Shown here one piece after another: positions 30,281-44,154 of a stretch of 64,000 bases of DNA. The DNA lies in the NCBI GenBank assembly GCA_951406725.2, contig OX597834.1:35898001-35962000 (forward strand), in the 5' to 3' direction. The notes under the pieces were generated by a model that was given only the letters and a program-made list of their open reading frames with translations, was not told where the DNA came from and searched no databases. Position numbers and translations under genes: made by a program. The DNA comes from Octopus vulgaris. Lineage: Eukaryota. Positions within the stretch are counted from its first letter, which is position 1. Every line of letters begins with the position of its first letter.

Positions 30281-31122
30281 GTGTCGACAACAGAAAGATT
30301 AAATTTGTTAAAAATCATCGTCGTCACCATCACCTTCATCATCACCATCATCAGCAGCAGCAGAAGCAGTAGCCATCACCACCGCCGCCATCATGATCGT
30401 CGTCGTCGTCATTTTACATTGAGCTTTCATGACAATAACCGCAACGAGCACAACAGCAACAATAAAAACCAGAACAACAATACCAACGAGAACACCAACA
30501 TTAACAATAAGCAATAACAACGATCGCCAACGGTCGATCGATTCCCAGAAACGAAAGGGGAGAAAAAAGAGGATAAGGATATTTTTTTTTTAAAAATGGA
30601 AAAAAATAATGCATAACAATAAAATAATCCGTTGTCTATTTTTGAATGGTTTTTAGCCATTGGTGGCAGGCATCGTGAGAAATGGTGCTTTTGGGTCTAG
30701 TGATACATATATATATAGAGAGAGGGGGAGTGAGAGTAAGAGAGGGAGAGAGGGCGAAAGAGGGGAAGAGGGGGAGAGAGGGGGAGAGAGGGGGAGAGAG
30801 GGAGAGAGAGAGAGAGAAGAAGAGAGAGGGGACGAGGGAGAGAGAAAGAGTGAGAAAGAGAGGGAAGGAGGGAGGGAGGGAGGGAGAGAAAAAGTAAGAG
30901 AAGCAAAGAAAGAGTGAGAAAGAGAAGGAAGAGAGGGAGAGAGAGAGAAAAAGGGTGAGAAAGAGAGAGAGAGAGAGAGGGGGAGAGAGAGAAAAAGTGA
31001 GAAAGAGAGAGGGGAGAGAGGGAAAGAGTGAGCGAGTGAGAGAGAGAGAAGGAGAGAGAGGAGAAAGAAAAAGGGGAGAGAGAGGAGGGTGAGTGAGTGA
31101 GGGGTTGACAGGAAAGAACGGG

Positions 31123-31313
31123 GTTTCAAATTTTGGCGCAAAACCAATAATTTCAGGGAAGGGGATAAATCGAATACATCGATCCCCAGTACTCAGACTG
31201 GTACTTATTTTATCGACCCAGAAAAACAAAAAGCAAAGTCGACCTCGGCCGAATTTGAGCTCAGAACCTAAAGACGGACGAAATGCTACAAAGCATTTTG
31301 CCAGCACGCTGCC
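31123..31313 (-). mobile_element. SINE family A copy
   Basis: Reverse complement of family A with the short (type 2) tail; head abuts (TAA)n. Confidence 0.8.
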
Positions 31314-31324
31314 ATAATAATAAC

Positions 31325-31355
<31 letters not shown>

Positions 31356-31878
31356 TTTTCTTTACTGCCCACCGGGGCCGACCACAAAACACAATGGGGC
31401 AATACAATACAAGGGACAAGTGGGATTCAGTACAAGGTCGTGTAAAAAATATTTAACAATAATTAAAAATAAAATTAAACAAAAAAATCCCTAAAGGGAG
31501 GGAGTTCATCCCAGGGCCAACCGAGGAGCCCCACACATCCTGGTTACCCCGAGGCAGGTGCCCCCCCCCTTCACAACTTATAAATGATATTGGGTTTCAT
31601 ATATTTGTACTCCCAACGTCACTTTGGCGGCATGCGCTGCTCTCTCTCAATAATAATAATACTCGTGATGAGGATGATGATGATGAAGAGGAGGAGGAAG
31701 AGGAGGGGAGGAGGAAGATTTCTTTTATTTGCCACCAGGGCGGCGGGTGAGGATGACGATACATAGACAGACATAAAATGTGAGGATTTACATAGAATTG
31801 AATGAAAACAGTAAAAGAAAAACGGCACACATGGTTTACAGAATCAACCAAAAGGTAATGAAAGCAATAATAATAATA

Positions 31879-31911
<33 letters not shown>

Positions 31912-32339
31912 ACAACAACAACAACAACACTAATAAGCGTAATGGCAATTATATTAATAATATTTATCGAAATGGTAATGAAAATAATGAAATGTTGAAG
32001 AAAAAAAAGGTATAAGCTTAGAAAATGGAGACAATGGTCTAAAATGATTGTACCAGGGTGTCGAGAGCGGAGTGGGGAAGACTGGATGCTGGTGGTGTTG
32101 GTGGTGGGGGATTAGATGGTGGTGGTGGTGGGGGGTATAAACTGCTCTGTTAGTAATTAGAGAGGCAGAGAAAGGAGGGAGAATAATTAGATTTGCTAAG
32201 ATTAATCATTGCGGAAAAATATCTGAAAAATTTATAACGAGACATTACATCATTAATGGTAATTATAATAATAAATTATAATCGACTAGTGATGCAAATG
32301 GTGTCTGAATAAATTATGATAATTAAAAATAAATTATAA

Positions 32340-32488
32340 CTGGCATTCCGTCGGTTACGACTATCAGGGTTCCAGTTGATCCGATCGACGTAACGGTCTG
32401 CTCGTGAAATTAACGTGCAAGTGGCTGAATACTCCACAGACATGCCTATCGTTAACGTAGTTCTCAGGGAGATTCAGCGTGACACAGA
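32340..32488 (-). mobile_element. SINE family C 3' fragment
   Basis: ttccgtcggttacgac..agggttccagttgatccgatc..gctcgtgaaattaacgtg matches 49390-49530. Confidence 0.85.
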
Positions 32489-32836
32489 ATAAAGATGTTT
32501 TTGTTACATGTTGTTATTGATTTTGTTGAATAAAATTTGTTGGGGGAAAAAGCCGCAATAATTATGCACCAACCCAACAGAAAGAATTATTGCAAAATCT
32601 GAGGGAGGTGAGACAGACAGCAGAATTGTTAGCGCGTCGGATAAAGTGTTCGGCAGTATTTCTTCCGGTCCTTTTCGTTCTGAACTCAGATGCTTCCAAA
32701 ATTGTCTTTGCCTTTCGACCTCTTAAAATCGATAAAACAAGATCCTATTGAATAGTGGGGTGGACGTAATCGAGTTCCCCTCACCTCCAAATTGTTCGCC
32801 TTGTGCCACAATTAGAGAGAAATTTTGCTACTGCTG

Positions 32837-32895
<59 letters not shown>

Positions 32896-34346
32896 GCTAC
32901 TGCTGCTGCTGCTGCTGCTACTACTACTACTACAACTACTACAATGAATAATAATGACAATGATAATGCCGATGATAATGGATGATGAAGACAAAATGTA
33001 TTTAACGATAATACAAAAACAACAAAAATATTAAAATATACATTGTCCTCTGTCCACTATCCAATCTGTTTCTGTGCTCCAATATTGCGGACTCTGGCAT
33101 GCAGTGGTGTCTTGCATGGAGCACAAGGTGACATTCGGGACTTATTGCAGCATCGTCAGTGTCCATGAATTCCACACCTCAACAGTGGATGACTTTTATG
33201 ACAACGGCGTCCGCGTCACTCGGCGCGCTTTGTGCCGCAGGTAGAAGCGTTACTCTGCTTGCTGGAATACAGTCTCACCTTTGGCCGACCGTCGGATGTG
33301 GTCAGCATCTGTGAGGGTTGTGGTGACCTCGTTGGTCGGACCAGGCTCAACCCTCCCTGGGGTGAATACCGCCGCAAGTACAAGTCTCTTTAATGAATCC
33401 GATGGATGTACATATTCGCCCTTTGTGGCCAATAAAAGGAATCTTTTGGTAAAAATTATTATTTTCCTTATGACAATGTCTGAGAAGGTAGTGAGTTGAC
33501 AGAATCCCCAGTCCTTTGGACAAAATGCTTCCTGACATTCCTTTCGGCTTTACGTTCCTAGTTCCTAGTTCCTAGAGTGACATACAAAGTCTCTTGCGGT
33601 ACTTTTGTTTTTGCGGTTATTTACGTTCTGAGTTCGAATCCAGAGATGGATCTTACCGTTTTGGACTACTTACCTACTCAATCAAGGCTGACCTTGGGCT
33701 ACACAACACCACCACCACCAACAACAACAACAACAACGACAACAACAAACAAACAAGCAATTCGAATACAACCACAACCTCCGTCACCACCGCCATTACT
33801 GCTATCACTATAAACAATAACAACATCAACTCTAAGATCAAAAGGACTGGCCACTGTAATAATAAACTTGTTATTTGAGAATCAGAACATGTCTGTATAA
33901 AAAAAAAAAAAAATAAAAATAAAATTAGCACAAAAATTATATAAAAGTCCAACAACAACAACAACAACAAAAGCAACAACTAAAGGTTTGAAACGAAAAT
34001 TCACAAAGCTACCATTTTGTATTTCAGAACAAAAAACAAAAAAAAAGGTTTCTTAAAAATTTCTATTTCTGGTGAATGAGTTAGCCATAAGAGTAGTAGT
34101 GAGAGGAGGAGAAAACCCAAAAAAAAAATTAGAGGAGGTCAGTGGGGGGATGGAGGGAGAGACAGGCGTGGGTGGTGAGGGTAGGGACGGTGAGATGGTG
34201 GGGGTGGGGGTAGCGACGTCGGTAACGGGGGTGAGTTTTTTCATCAGTTGGATCTTCCATGTTGGTTCACTCTTGAACTGGTTATTTACTGAAGCTCATT
34301 GCTGTTGTTGTTGCTGTTGCTTTTACTGATGTGATGGTGGTGGTGA

Positions 34347-34388
<42 letters not shown>

Positions 34389-34691
34389 TAGTAATGGTAG
34401 TAGTAATGGTGGTGGTAATAGTTGTAGTGGTATTAGAAGTGGTGATGGTAAAGATGGTAATAATAGTACAGGTGGTGGTGGTAGTAGTAGTAGTAGTAGA
34501 AGCAACAAGAGCAAAGGTAGTATTAGCAGCAGTAATGATGGTGGTAGTGGTAACAATAGTGGTGGTATTACTAGTAGTAGTAATAGTGGTGGTCGTAATA
34601 GTAGTGGTAGTAGCAATGATGATGGTAATGGTTGTAGTAGTAGTAGTACAGGTGGTGGTGGTGGCGATGGTGGTGGTAGCAGTAGTAACAA

Positions 34692-34732
<41 letters not shown>

Positions 34733-34744
34733 ACAATAGTTGTG

Positions 34745-34781
<37 letters not shown>

Positions 34782-35165
34782 CAGCAACACCAGCAGTACT
34801 AGCAGTGGTGGTGGTGGTGGTAGTAGTAATAATAGTTGTAGTAGTAGTAGTAGTAGTTCTGGTTGTTGTTGTTATTGTGGTGGTGGTGACCGTTGTAATA
34901 GTGGTGGCAACTGCAGCAGCAGTAGTGCTAACAGTGGTAGTAGTGGTAGTTGTAGGAGTAGTAGTATGAGGCGATGGTGGTGGTGGTGGTGGTGGTGGTG
35001 GTGGTGGTGGTGGTGGTGGTGGCTGTTACTGTTGTTTAGATGTATGCCTTATACTGTTGTAGGCAATGAAGTGCATCCGAGGCGTGGTTAATGCTAGTTG
35101 ACAAAAATACATACATACATCATTTATGGAGGTGGTAGTGGTGGTGGTGATCGTCGTCGTCGTCG

Positions 35166-35204
<39 letters not shown>

Positions 35205-35361
35205 CGATGGTGATGATGATGGTGATTATGATGATGGTGATGATGATGTCATTTATGCGGTTATTCTGGTTGCAGTTGTTTTGATTCTGGCCGTTATACT
35301 GGCTGTTTATACACACATACATACATACATACTCTCACATACGTTTATATACACACATATT

Positions 35362-35405
<44 letters not shown>

Positions 35406-35546
35406 CATGTATGCAAGTATGTATGTATGTAAACATATGTACATGTGTGTATATAAATATATATGTATAAACACATATACAAAAATATATTTCTGTATGC
35501 ATGCAGTATAAGTACACATATATATTCATATGTATGCATGTATGTA

Positions 35547-35583
<37 letters not shown>

Positions 35584-35604
35584 GTAAATGTGTAAGTGTG
35601 AATT

Positions 35605-35950
35605 ATAGCACCACCTAACCAGACCGTGGGATGCATGCATTTCGGAGTGGTTACCTCCTCGTCAGCAGCAGAGACCGCTAATGACGGACGCTACAAACTG
35701 ACATGAGAGGCAGATCCCTCTAATGATGATATTCACATCGTCGTTGCATCGTAGTGCTAAATAGTGACTCGCCATAAATAAAATACAAAAGTGGTAGCAT
35801 CGTGAACTCATTCGGTTTATTTGCAGCCATTTGTCTACACTGAGAAATTTTCTCCGTACCAAAATACCGTAAATTGCTTATTTACGAATTCGAATATGCC
35901 TCAAGCATATTTGAACTTGTAACAAGTTTATATTTATATACACGTCACTG
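35605..35950. mobile_element. Second member of the 22973-23433 family with inverted halves
   Basis: 35605-35800 matches ~23070-23290 on the minus strand; 35810-35950 matches 23310-23433 and 22990-23070 on the plus strand. Confidence 0.7.
35625..35670 (-). ncRNA. Type I hammerhead motif, intact core, weak stem I
   Basis: Minus strand TGCTG-CTGACGA-GGAG GTAACCA CTCC-GAAA-TGCATGCA-TC-CCACG; stem III is a perfect palindrome. Confidence 0.75.
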
Positions 35951-36215
35951 ATTAGCGCTGTCACTCCGTATTTTGTTTACTGTGAGCCGCTGAATAGCTC
36001 CACCGGCAAAGACTCCCTTCGGTCATAAATGACCATGGAATCACACCTGGAAAGTTACCCTCTGAGGCACAAGTCTGGGCAAGGTTGTGTAGGAAGACCA
36101 GCAGCCACCCATGCATGCCGGTCTGCCTTCTCCATGCCACCAATGTTATCCAAGAAATACAAAATGGCTGACGGTTAGTAAGGAGAGACACACAAATAAG
36201 AAAGAAGAAAGCAAA

Positions 36216-36380
36216 GGAACACTGATGCGGTCACAGGAGTGAACTCTGGCCGAAATAAGATTAAGATTAATGTAAAAAATAAATAACACTGAAGCAAAGT
36301 AACACCAAATATATAGTGCGTGTGTTTTTATTGGCTAAACTGGCAAAATGACCATTCCGAAATACTACAATATCTGTTTC
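36216..36380 (+). ncRNA. Degraded type I hammerhead with a very long stem II insertion
   Basis: GGAACA-CTGATG-C-GGTCA..~115 nt..TGACC-ATTCC-GAAA-TACTACAATA-TC-TGTTTC; stem I GGAACA/TGTTTC and GGTCA/TGACC pair. Confidence 0.5.
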
Positions 36381-36428
36381 AACACACAATTTCACATAAA
36401 AAAATCTTGCACAACAAATATATAAACG

Positions 36429-36510
<82 letters not shown>

Positions 36511-36819
36511 ACAGTATAGCTAGGTGTAAAATTCACCTAAGGGATATTAAATATTCGAAGAATTTACTTGTTTATATTACCTGTATGAATAACATTGTTA
36601 CTCCAATAGGTAAATAAAATAAACATGCAGTTTATTAATAATATATAAATATAAATCAGAAATGGAAAAAAAAAATAATAAACTGAACAATTATAAATTC
36701 AATTCAATTTAAATATTTTAGAGAAACAAATGACACATCTCATATATTACACCTGTTTCCGCTTCATTAATAACATATCATTTGAAATTTTTCGTCAAAT
36801 ATTTAAGAAGATATGTGAA

Positions 36820-36968
36820 TATTCCGTGTTCTTTTACAAGGCTTAGAAAAACTGAAGGGCTACTGCAAGTAAGTGTGTGAATCTGAGAGGGAAATATGTT
36901 GAATAAAATCACAATTAACTGTATTTTCTTTTACCCAAACCCCGGAACTTTTTAGCACCCCTTCGTAT
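36820..36968 (+). mobile_element. Mariner-derived MITE, right half
   Basis: Encodes the eroded transposase tail ..KCVNLRG..YVE* and ends in TIR ccggaactttttagcaccccttcgTA. Confidence 0.7.
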
Positions 36969-36983
36969 ATATATATATATATA

Positions 36984-37374
36984 CTAGCAGTATCGCCCGG
37001 CGTTGCTCGGGTTTGTTTCGACCCTTTAGAATTGGAATTTTTGAAAGTAAAAATTCTGCATTATGTAGCTTGTTATTCGCTTTAAGTGAACATTTTTCTA
37101 GTTGAAATACACCGAAAAATGGCGACACAGCAATAAAAAAATCGTAAAAATTAGGGATTTTCATAGAAAAAAAGCACCTTTTTGATATAAATTATTGTTG
37201 GTGTTAACATGGTCCGATTTGAAATTTTTCTTCTACGGAAGGAAGAGCAAGCCTTCTTCTATCATACTCTCAATTTTGGTCAATTTGCGCCGCAGGGTCT
37301 CGGAGGAGATAGTGTTAGTTGCAGGCTACCAAACCTGCCATACACAGACAACTTCAGCTTTATATATATAGAGA
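36984..37374 (-). mobile_element. Complete non-autonomous Helitron (~390 bp)
   Basis: Minus strand starts TC(TCTATATATATAAAGC), has subterminal hairpin CCCGAGC-AAC-GCCGGG (36996-37011), ends CTAG, and sits between A and T with no TSD. Confidence 0.88.
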
Positions 37375-37408
37375 TGTGTATGTGTGTGTGTATATATATA
37401 TGCAGACA

Positions 37409-37624
37409 TACTGGAGGGGTTGTTGAGAAGTTCCTGGCTTTAAGGGTGTCGCGAAAGTTTTGGTTTAAGATCCAACCTTCCAAGTTCTTTTTACAGGGCT
37501 TAGAAAAACCAAAAAACTGCTGCAATCTGAGAGAGGAATATGTTGAAAAGAATCCCAATTAACCGCTCCGCCTGTATTTTCTTTTGCCCCAAAGCCCGGA
37601 ACATTTCACCACCCCACCCTCATA
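37409..37624 (+). mobile_element. Mariner-derived MITE, complete (~215 bp)
   Basis: Imperfect TIRs gaggggttgttgagaagttcctggcttt / aaagcccggaacatttcaccacccc with TA at both ends; body matches 36820-36968. Confidence 0.75.
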
Positions 37625-38489
37625 AATGCTTGCTTCCTTGTTGGATCGTTACTTTTCGAGAGGTTGTTATGATTCCTTTTGTTCGCAACGTTGTTGCTTC
37701 TTTTGAAGTTAGAGTTGCTAATGTACCGTTACTGTTATTGTTGCGTTTTTTTTTGTTCTGTTTTCTTAAAACTTTGTATTTTCTATTGCAGTCGTTGCTA
37801 ACTGCTGTTAATTTCGCTTTTACTGATGCGATTTGTGTCGGCCGCTTTTGTTGCAATCATTTCCACTGCAGTTATCTCTTGTTGCAGTTACAACAATCGA
37901 TGGTTCTTGCTGTTGTTGTTGTTGGTGCTGTCGGTGCAGTGGTGGTCATTTCTGTTATTCTTGTCATTGATGTTGTTGTTGCTATTGTAGTCGTGACGGC
38001 CATTGCCACTGAAATTATTGTTGTTACCATTACCGTTGTTGTTGCTGTTATTATTGCTATCGTTTGCAGTGATGGCGGCGGGGATGTCGGTAGTGATGGC
38101 CATGGCCACCATATTTATTGTCACCGTTTGATGATGTTGATGTTGATGTTGTTTTTGCTGCTGCTCTTGTTGTTGTTGTTTTTTATTGTTGTTGTGGTTG
38201 TTGTTGTTTACACCCCGTTTCCGGTAGTTTTGCTACTTGGTTATTATTTCTGACACTACATGAAAATGTCATTATTTATGGGATGTTGTTATAATCACAG
38301 CAGTCAGCCGGCCAGCCAGCCAGCCAGCCAGACGGACGGACGCACAGACAGACAAACAGCCAGTTATGCATGGCTACTTGTTATGGTTGTTGTTGTTGTT
38401 GTTGTTGTTGCTCTCTTTTTGTTTTCCTCGTTCTTGTTTCTCTTGTTTCTGCTGGATCGAACGAGAGTTGTTACGAGTTGCACTTTATC

Positions 38490-38534
<45 letters not shown>

Positions 38535-38665
38535 GTTGTTATTATTATCATCATCATCATCATCGTCATCATCTTCATCACCATCATCATCATTCATCAT
38601 CATCGTCATCATTATTCATACTAGTAGTAACAACAGCAGCAGTAGCAGTAGTAGTAGCAGTTGTT

Positions 38666-38698
<33 letters not shown>

Positions 38699-38917
38699 CT
38701 AACAGTCGTAGTTGTAATTGTAGTATCATCATGATAATCATTATCGTTACGGTTGTTGTTATTGTTGTTGTTGTGGTGGTGGTGGTGGTGATGGTTCCTG
38801 TTATTGTTCTTGTTAGCAATATTTTTCCTGTTATATATTTTTCTTCTTCCTCAAAACCAATATTTACATGTCTTTTATACGCATCCATTATTATTATTAT
38901 CATCATCATCATCATCA

Positions 38918-38973
<56 letters not shown>

Positions 38974-39924
38974 TATTTTATTATTATTGTTGTTGTTATT
39001 ATTATTATTATTTCTATTTTTTTAATGGCATTTGGCTGATGGTCACGAGTTACTGATCCGTCACACACCCTACTTGCCCGCCTCAACCTCCTCACACTAT
39101 TCTTCTTCCTCGCCTTCCTCACACAATTCTCTCTCTCTCTCTATCTCTCTCCCTCTCTCTCTCTCTCTCTACTCTTCATTCAAAAGTATGTACTTTGAAA
39201 AATTACCTCATTTTTACACAAATAGGAATGAAAGAAATACCCAGAAAATAACGATGATGATAAAAACAAAAAAGATAAGGATGATAGTTTATTTTATTTG
39301 CCACAGGGGCATAATGAGGGGGTACATCACAAGGACAGTCTACAATCTATGTAGGGGGCGGTTACATAAATGATGAGGGGCAAGAAAAAGAAAAGACGAT
39401 GAAAGGAGATAAAAAATACTCAGAGTATACAAAGCATGTGAACACATTAATAATGCAGTCCTCTTGATACGGGAGAAACTTCAACTAGTGGCAATAAAGA
39501 AACCCCACAGATCCAGGAGTACCCAAACTAATAAAAGGCAGTTGTTCTTCAGTCTACAGGTGTATGATAGTAACTCTTTCAAATTCTTTTCAACGGTCCC
39601 GAATAACAATAATGCACGTATGAATATATGTATGCATATGCATATAAGCATTTGTGTGTGTATATCAATGTATATTTTTGTATTCATACATATGTGTATA
39701 TAATTGGTTTCAAATTTTGGCACAAAGCAAGCAATTTCGATACTAGTGCACAACTGATACTTATTTTATCGACCCTGAAAGGATGACGGGCAAAGTACAT
39801 GCCTACACACACTTAAACAAACACACACACACACATAAATACGTGTGCTTAAATGACAGCGTAGATGAGTGCGCCCGTGTCTCCATTTATATATATATAT
39901 ATATATGTATATATATGTTTGTAC

Positions 39925-39958
<34 letters not shown>

Positions 39959-39998
39959 GGAGAAAGAGTGTATGTATGTGTATATATATGTGTATGTA

Positions 39999-40029
<31 letters not shown>

Positions 40030-40739
40030 GTATATATATATATATATGTATATATATATGTATGTATATATATATATGCATATATATATACACATGTATA
40101 TGTATGTGTGTGTGTCTTTGTTTGTGAGCGCGCGCGCGAATACACTTAATATGTCTGTGTGTTACACAACGACCAAATAACATTGTCAAAGTCTGTGTTT
40201 TTTTTCTACCGTCGGTCTCATGTACTTCATCTAGTCTCCGTCTCTTCTTCTTCATCTTCATCTCCCTCCCAAAAACCAATCATCGTGCTCCTCTCCCCCT
40301 CTCCCCCGTCCCTTCTGTTGGGTCTTGAAAATTTAATGATATTTATACTGAAGCCTAATGGAGTCTCCACAGAGCCGAAACCCTATTTGCAAATTAGGTA
40401 AGTAAATGAATAAATAAATAAATAAATTGTATAACACGATGCAGTGGCGGTGGTGGTGGTGGTGGTGGTGGTGGTGGTGGTAGGAGTGCTATGTTGTTGT
40501 TGTTGTTGTTGTTGTTGTTGCTGCTGTAGTTGCTATTGTTGGTGGTGGTGCTGTGCAGTAGTGAACTAGTATTGTTTACTAATTTCACTGAGACCTAGGG
40601 TGTATTGTTCACACGTGACTATACATGGTTAAAACTCACGCACACACACGCACATATGTATATACACTCATAAATATATACACATGCACATACATGCCCT
40701 TTAATGCACACTCACGCGTGCGGATACGAAATAAAAGTG

Positions 40740-40866
<127 letters not shown>

Positions 40867-41459
40867 GTATGCATGTATATATGTATTTACGTATGTATGT
40901 ATAGATAAACAGACACACAGACTGATAGATAGATAGACAGACAGACGGACGGACAGAGAGATAGACAGATGAATGGACAGACAGACAGACGGACGGATGG
41001 ATGGGTGGATGGATGAATGGATGGCTAGACGGACAGACAGACAGATATGTGTGTCTGTGTGACTGTGCGCATATGCACACAGACATACGCACACTCATAC
41101 ATTTACATGTATGTGTGTGTAGAGAGAGACAGAGGGAGCAAGAGAGAAAGAGAGAGGGAGAGAAAGAGAGAGGGAGAGAAAGAGAGAGATAAAGGGAGAG
41201 AAAGAGAGAAAGAGAAAGAGAGAGAGGCTAACAAATTTCTACCAGTTCTAGATTCAGAACGATGGCTCGAAATTGATCTAGCAAGTAACGAATCCACTGT
41301 CATTATATGAAACATATGGCTACCAAACGCCGGGGCCTCCAGATCTCTGTTGTGCCTACGAACACAAGAATAAACTTGTTGATAGCAGCAGATCTAGTAA
41401 CGATCATCAAAGTTATCTCATATATCTCCTCACAGTGAATATAGAAAATACGACAATCG

Positions 41460-41605
41460 TCCGTTCCCTAACATGAAGAAGCATTTGGACCACCGCAATG
41501 CTGACACCATATTTGCTGTTAATGAACATTTTGACCAACGGGATGAAAGCTTCTTCCCCAATGCGTTCCAACCGCTGCAACAATGACGAAAGAGGTGTGT
41601 GGACT
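41460..41605 (+). mobile_element. Eroded mariner transposase C-terminal fragment
   Basis: PFPNMKKHLD...TIFAVNEHFDQRDESFFPNAFQPLQQ* resembles LFP.MKK.L...F...DESFF..GI..L..RW. Confidence 0.55.
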
Positions 41606-41744
41606 TGCGTAGGAAGTCGGGGACAAGAAACAGGAAGAAAGAGTGAGAGAAAGTTGGAGCGAAAGAGTACATCAGCGGTCGCCACCACCCCCTGCCGGAG
41701 CCTCGTGGAGCTTTAGGTGTTTTCGCTCTATTGTTGTTGTTGTT

Positions 41745-42660
41745 GGAAGTTAGCTGGTGCTAAATCAGATAAATAGAGCGGGTGCGGAAGTGATACCCTA
41801 TTGTTTTGGGGCGAGAAACTTACGACTGAGAATCGGTGACAGGGTGCATTGTGGTAGTGAAGAATCCAATTCTTCATGCACTGCAGATCCGGTTGTTTTC
41901 GCGGTATGTCCTCCCACAAACGCTTCAAAACCTCGCAGCAGAACTCTCAATTGACTGTCTGACCTTGGAGAACAAATTCTCGCTGCACAATACCTATTTC
42001 TTTATTACCCACCACAAGGGGCTAAACATAGAGGGGACAAACAAAGGCAGACATAGGTATTAAGTCGATTACATCGACCCCAGTGCGTAACTGGTACTTA
42101 ATTTATCGACCCCGAAAGGATGAAAGGCAAAGTCGACCTCGGAAGAATTTGAACTCACAACGTAGCGGCAGACGAAATACCGCTAAGCATTTCGCCTGGC
42201 GTGCTAACGTCTCTGCCAGCTCGCCGCCCCGATGCACAATACCACATTTCCAGGGGTGACTCTTATGCCAGTTCTCCCAGATCACTCAGATCACTCATCA
42301 TCTTCCAGGGACGTCCTGCTTTTGAAGCATCCGTGCCACTCGAAACATTCTATGCAACCCATCGCCTCGTCGCCGTAAGTTTGCCGAAACATGCTCAACG
42401 TCTCTGCAGCAGACTTCCCAAGTTTAACGCAAAATTTCACGTTGGATCTTTGATCCTGTCCGTGACAAAAATCGCAGACTACAGACCACACGTGGTCGCA
42501 AAAATTCAGATTTCACAACTTGTGAAGTAAACGCAACGATGGCCCTCAGCACACTGCCTCACGAAGGTCACTGCTAGCTCTGACCGTGCACGCAGCTGTG
42601 TGCTGCCATCTGTTGGCGCGCTACAGAACTAGTCCCGGAACTCTTTGATACCACCACGTA
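41745..42660 (-). mobile_element. Internally deleted mariner (Tc1/mariner) relic interrupted by a SINE
   Basis: DQRSNVKFCVKLGKSAAETLSMFRQTYGDEAM..CFEWH..FK...SLEDDE (HTH region) and WILHYHNAPCH...LPHPLYLSDLAPANF (HDNA / YSPDLAP motifs); terminus TACGTGGTGGTATCAAAGAGTTCCGGGACT at 42660. Confidence 0.88.
41993..42227 (-). mobile_element. SINE family A, full-length, nested in the mariner relic
   Basis: Reverse complement of the 47297-47530 copy including the long tail. Confidence 0.9.
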
Positions 42661-43304
42661 TGTCAACATCATCACTACACCGTGATGCAATTACTTATAC
42701 ACCTTGACCAGCACCACCACCATCACCGCAACCATCACTTCCAACACCAACACCGCCATCACTACCACCATCACTACCACCATCACCACCAACATCCCCA
42801 CCATCTCAAGCACTACCATTAACACCACCACCACCACTACCACCACCGCCAACACCATCACCACCAGCACTGCCATTACCACCACAACTACCACTACCAT
42901 CACTATCACCATCGCTGTCACCACCGTCATCCCCTTCACCATCATGAGCATAACCACCACCCGACCATCTGAAACACCACCACCACCACGATCTTCACCA
43001 CAACCACCCAGAAACCAACTACCACCGCCATCACCATCATCTCTACCACCACCACCACCACCACCACCACACTCACGACCATCGCCAGCACCGTCACTCC
43101 CAAACCGCTAAATCACTATACCACCGATCAGTCGGACATCAAAGTGAATCAATAATTGTTTGAAATAACCGATGGTTTACTTAAACACTGCATAAATAAC
43201 GTTCATCACGGACAAAGACAGACGTCTGTCCTTGTTTATGTGTGTGTGTGTGTGTGTATGCATATATATATATATAAACATATACATACATATATACAGA
43301 CCTG

Positions 43305-43350
<46 letters not shown>

Positions 43351-43820
43351 TACATACATTTATATATGTTTGTATATACATATATATATAAATATATATA
43401 CACATACATATATGTAATTACATACACACACACACACACATATATATATATGTATATACACACACACACACACACACAAACACACATTATATATATATAT
43501 ATATGCATACACATCTGCATTTTACACTACTTTTGTTGAGTGCATTTTCAGTCGATCATTACGCTACATTCGAATATATGTGTGTGTGGGTGGGTGTGTT
43601 TGCATTTGTGTCTGTGTGTATTATGTATGTGTATATAAATATATATATATGCATGTATGCATGTGTGTATATGTATACACACACACGCGCGTATTCATGT
43701 ATATATTTTGCAAAAAAAATTCATAAACGACATATATATATATATATTATCTATGTATATGTATTCATATATATATATATGCATATATATATATTTATAA
43801 ATATGCATATATATATTTAT

Positions 43821-43901
<81 letters not shown>

Positions 43902-44154
43902 TGTATGTATGCACATATATCAGGAATGGGCCCAAAAGATAAAAACGTAACAGACTGAGATAGAACAAGCGAAAATTCATCCCTCATTAGCTATCTCGCA
44001 AGGGATTCTGACAGTTTCGATCTGTTTACGATGGAACCGCTAGCGTCATCAAGTTATTGGATATGGTTGTGAAGAAATTGATACAGTAATCTCAGAAACA
44101 AATATCGGCCAGAAGTTGTCGGTTTTGTTGTTGCTGTTGCTGCTTTGTTTGTTT

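Noticed and set aside
33100-33165. CTGACGA-TGC...GCA on the minus strand
   Set aside because: No GAAA or cleavage-site geometry; likely a chance match in an old retroelement fragment.
36003-36170. GC-richer island recalled as an RTE-5'UTR-like or SINE-tail repeat, possibly with an HDV-like ribozyme
   Set aside because: Single copy in this window, and the nested double pseudoknot could not be built by eye.
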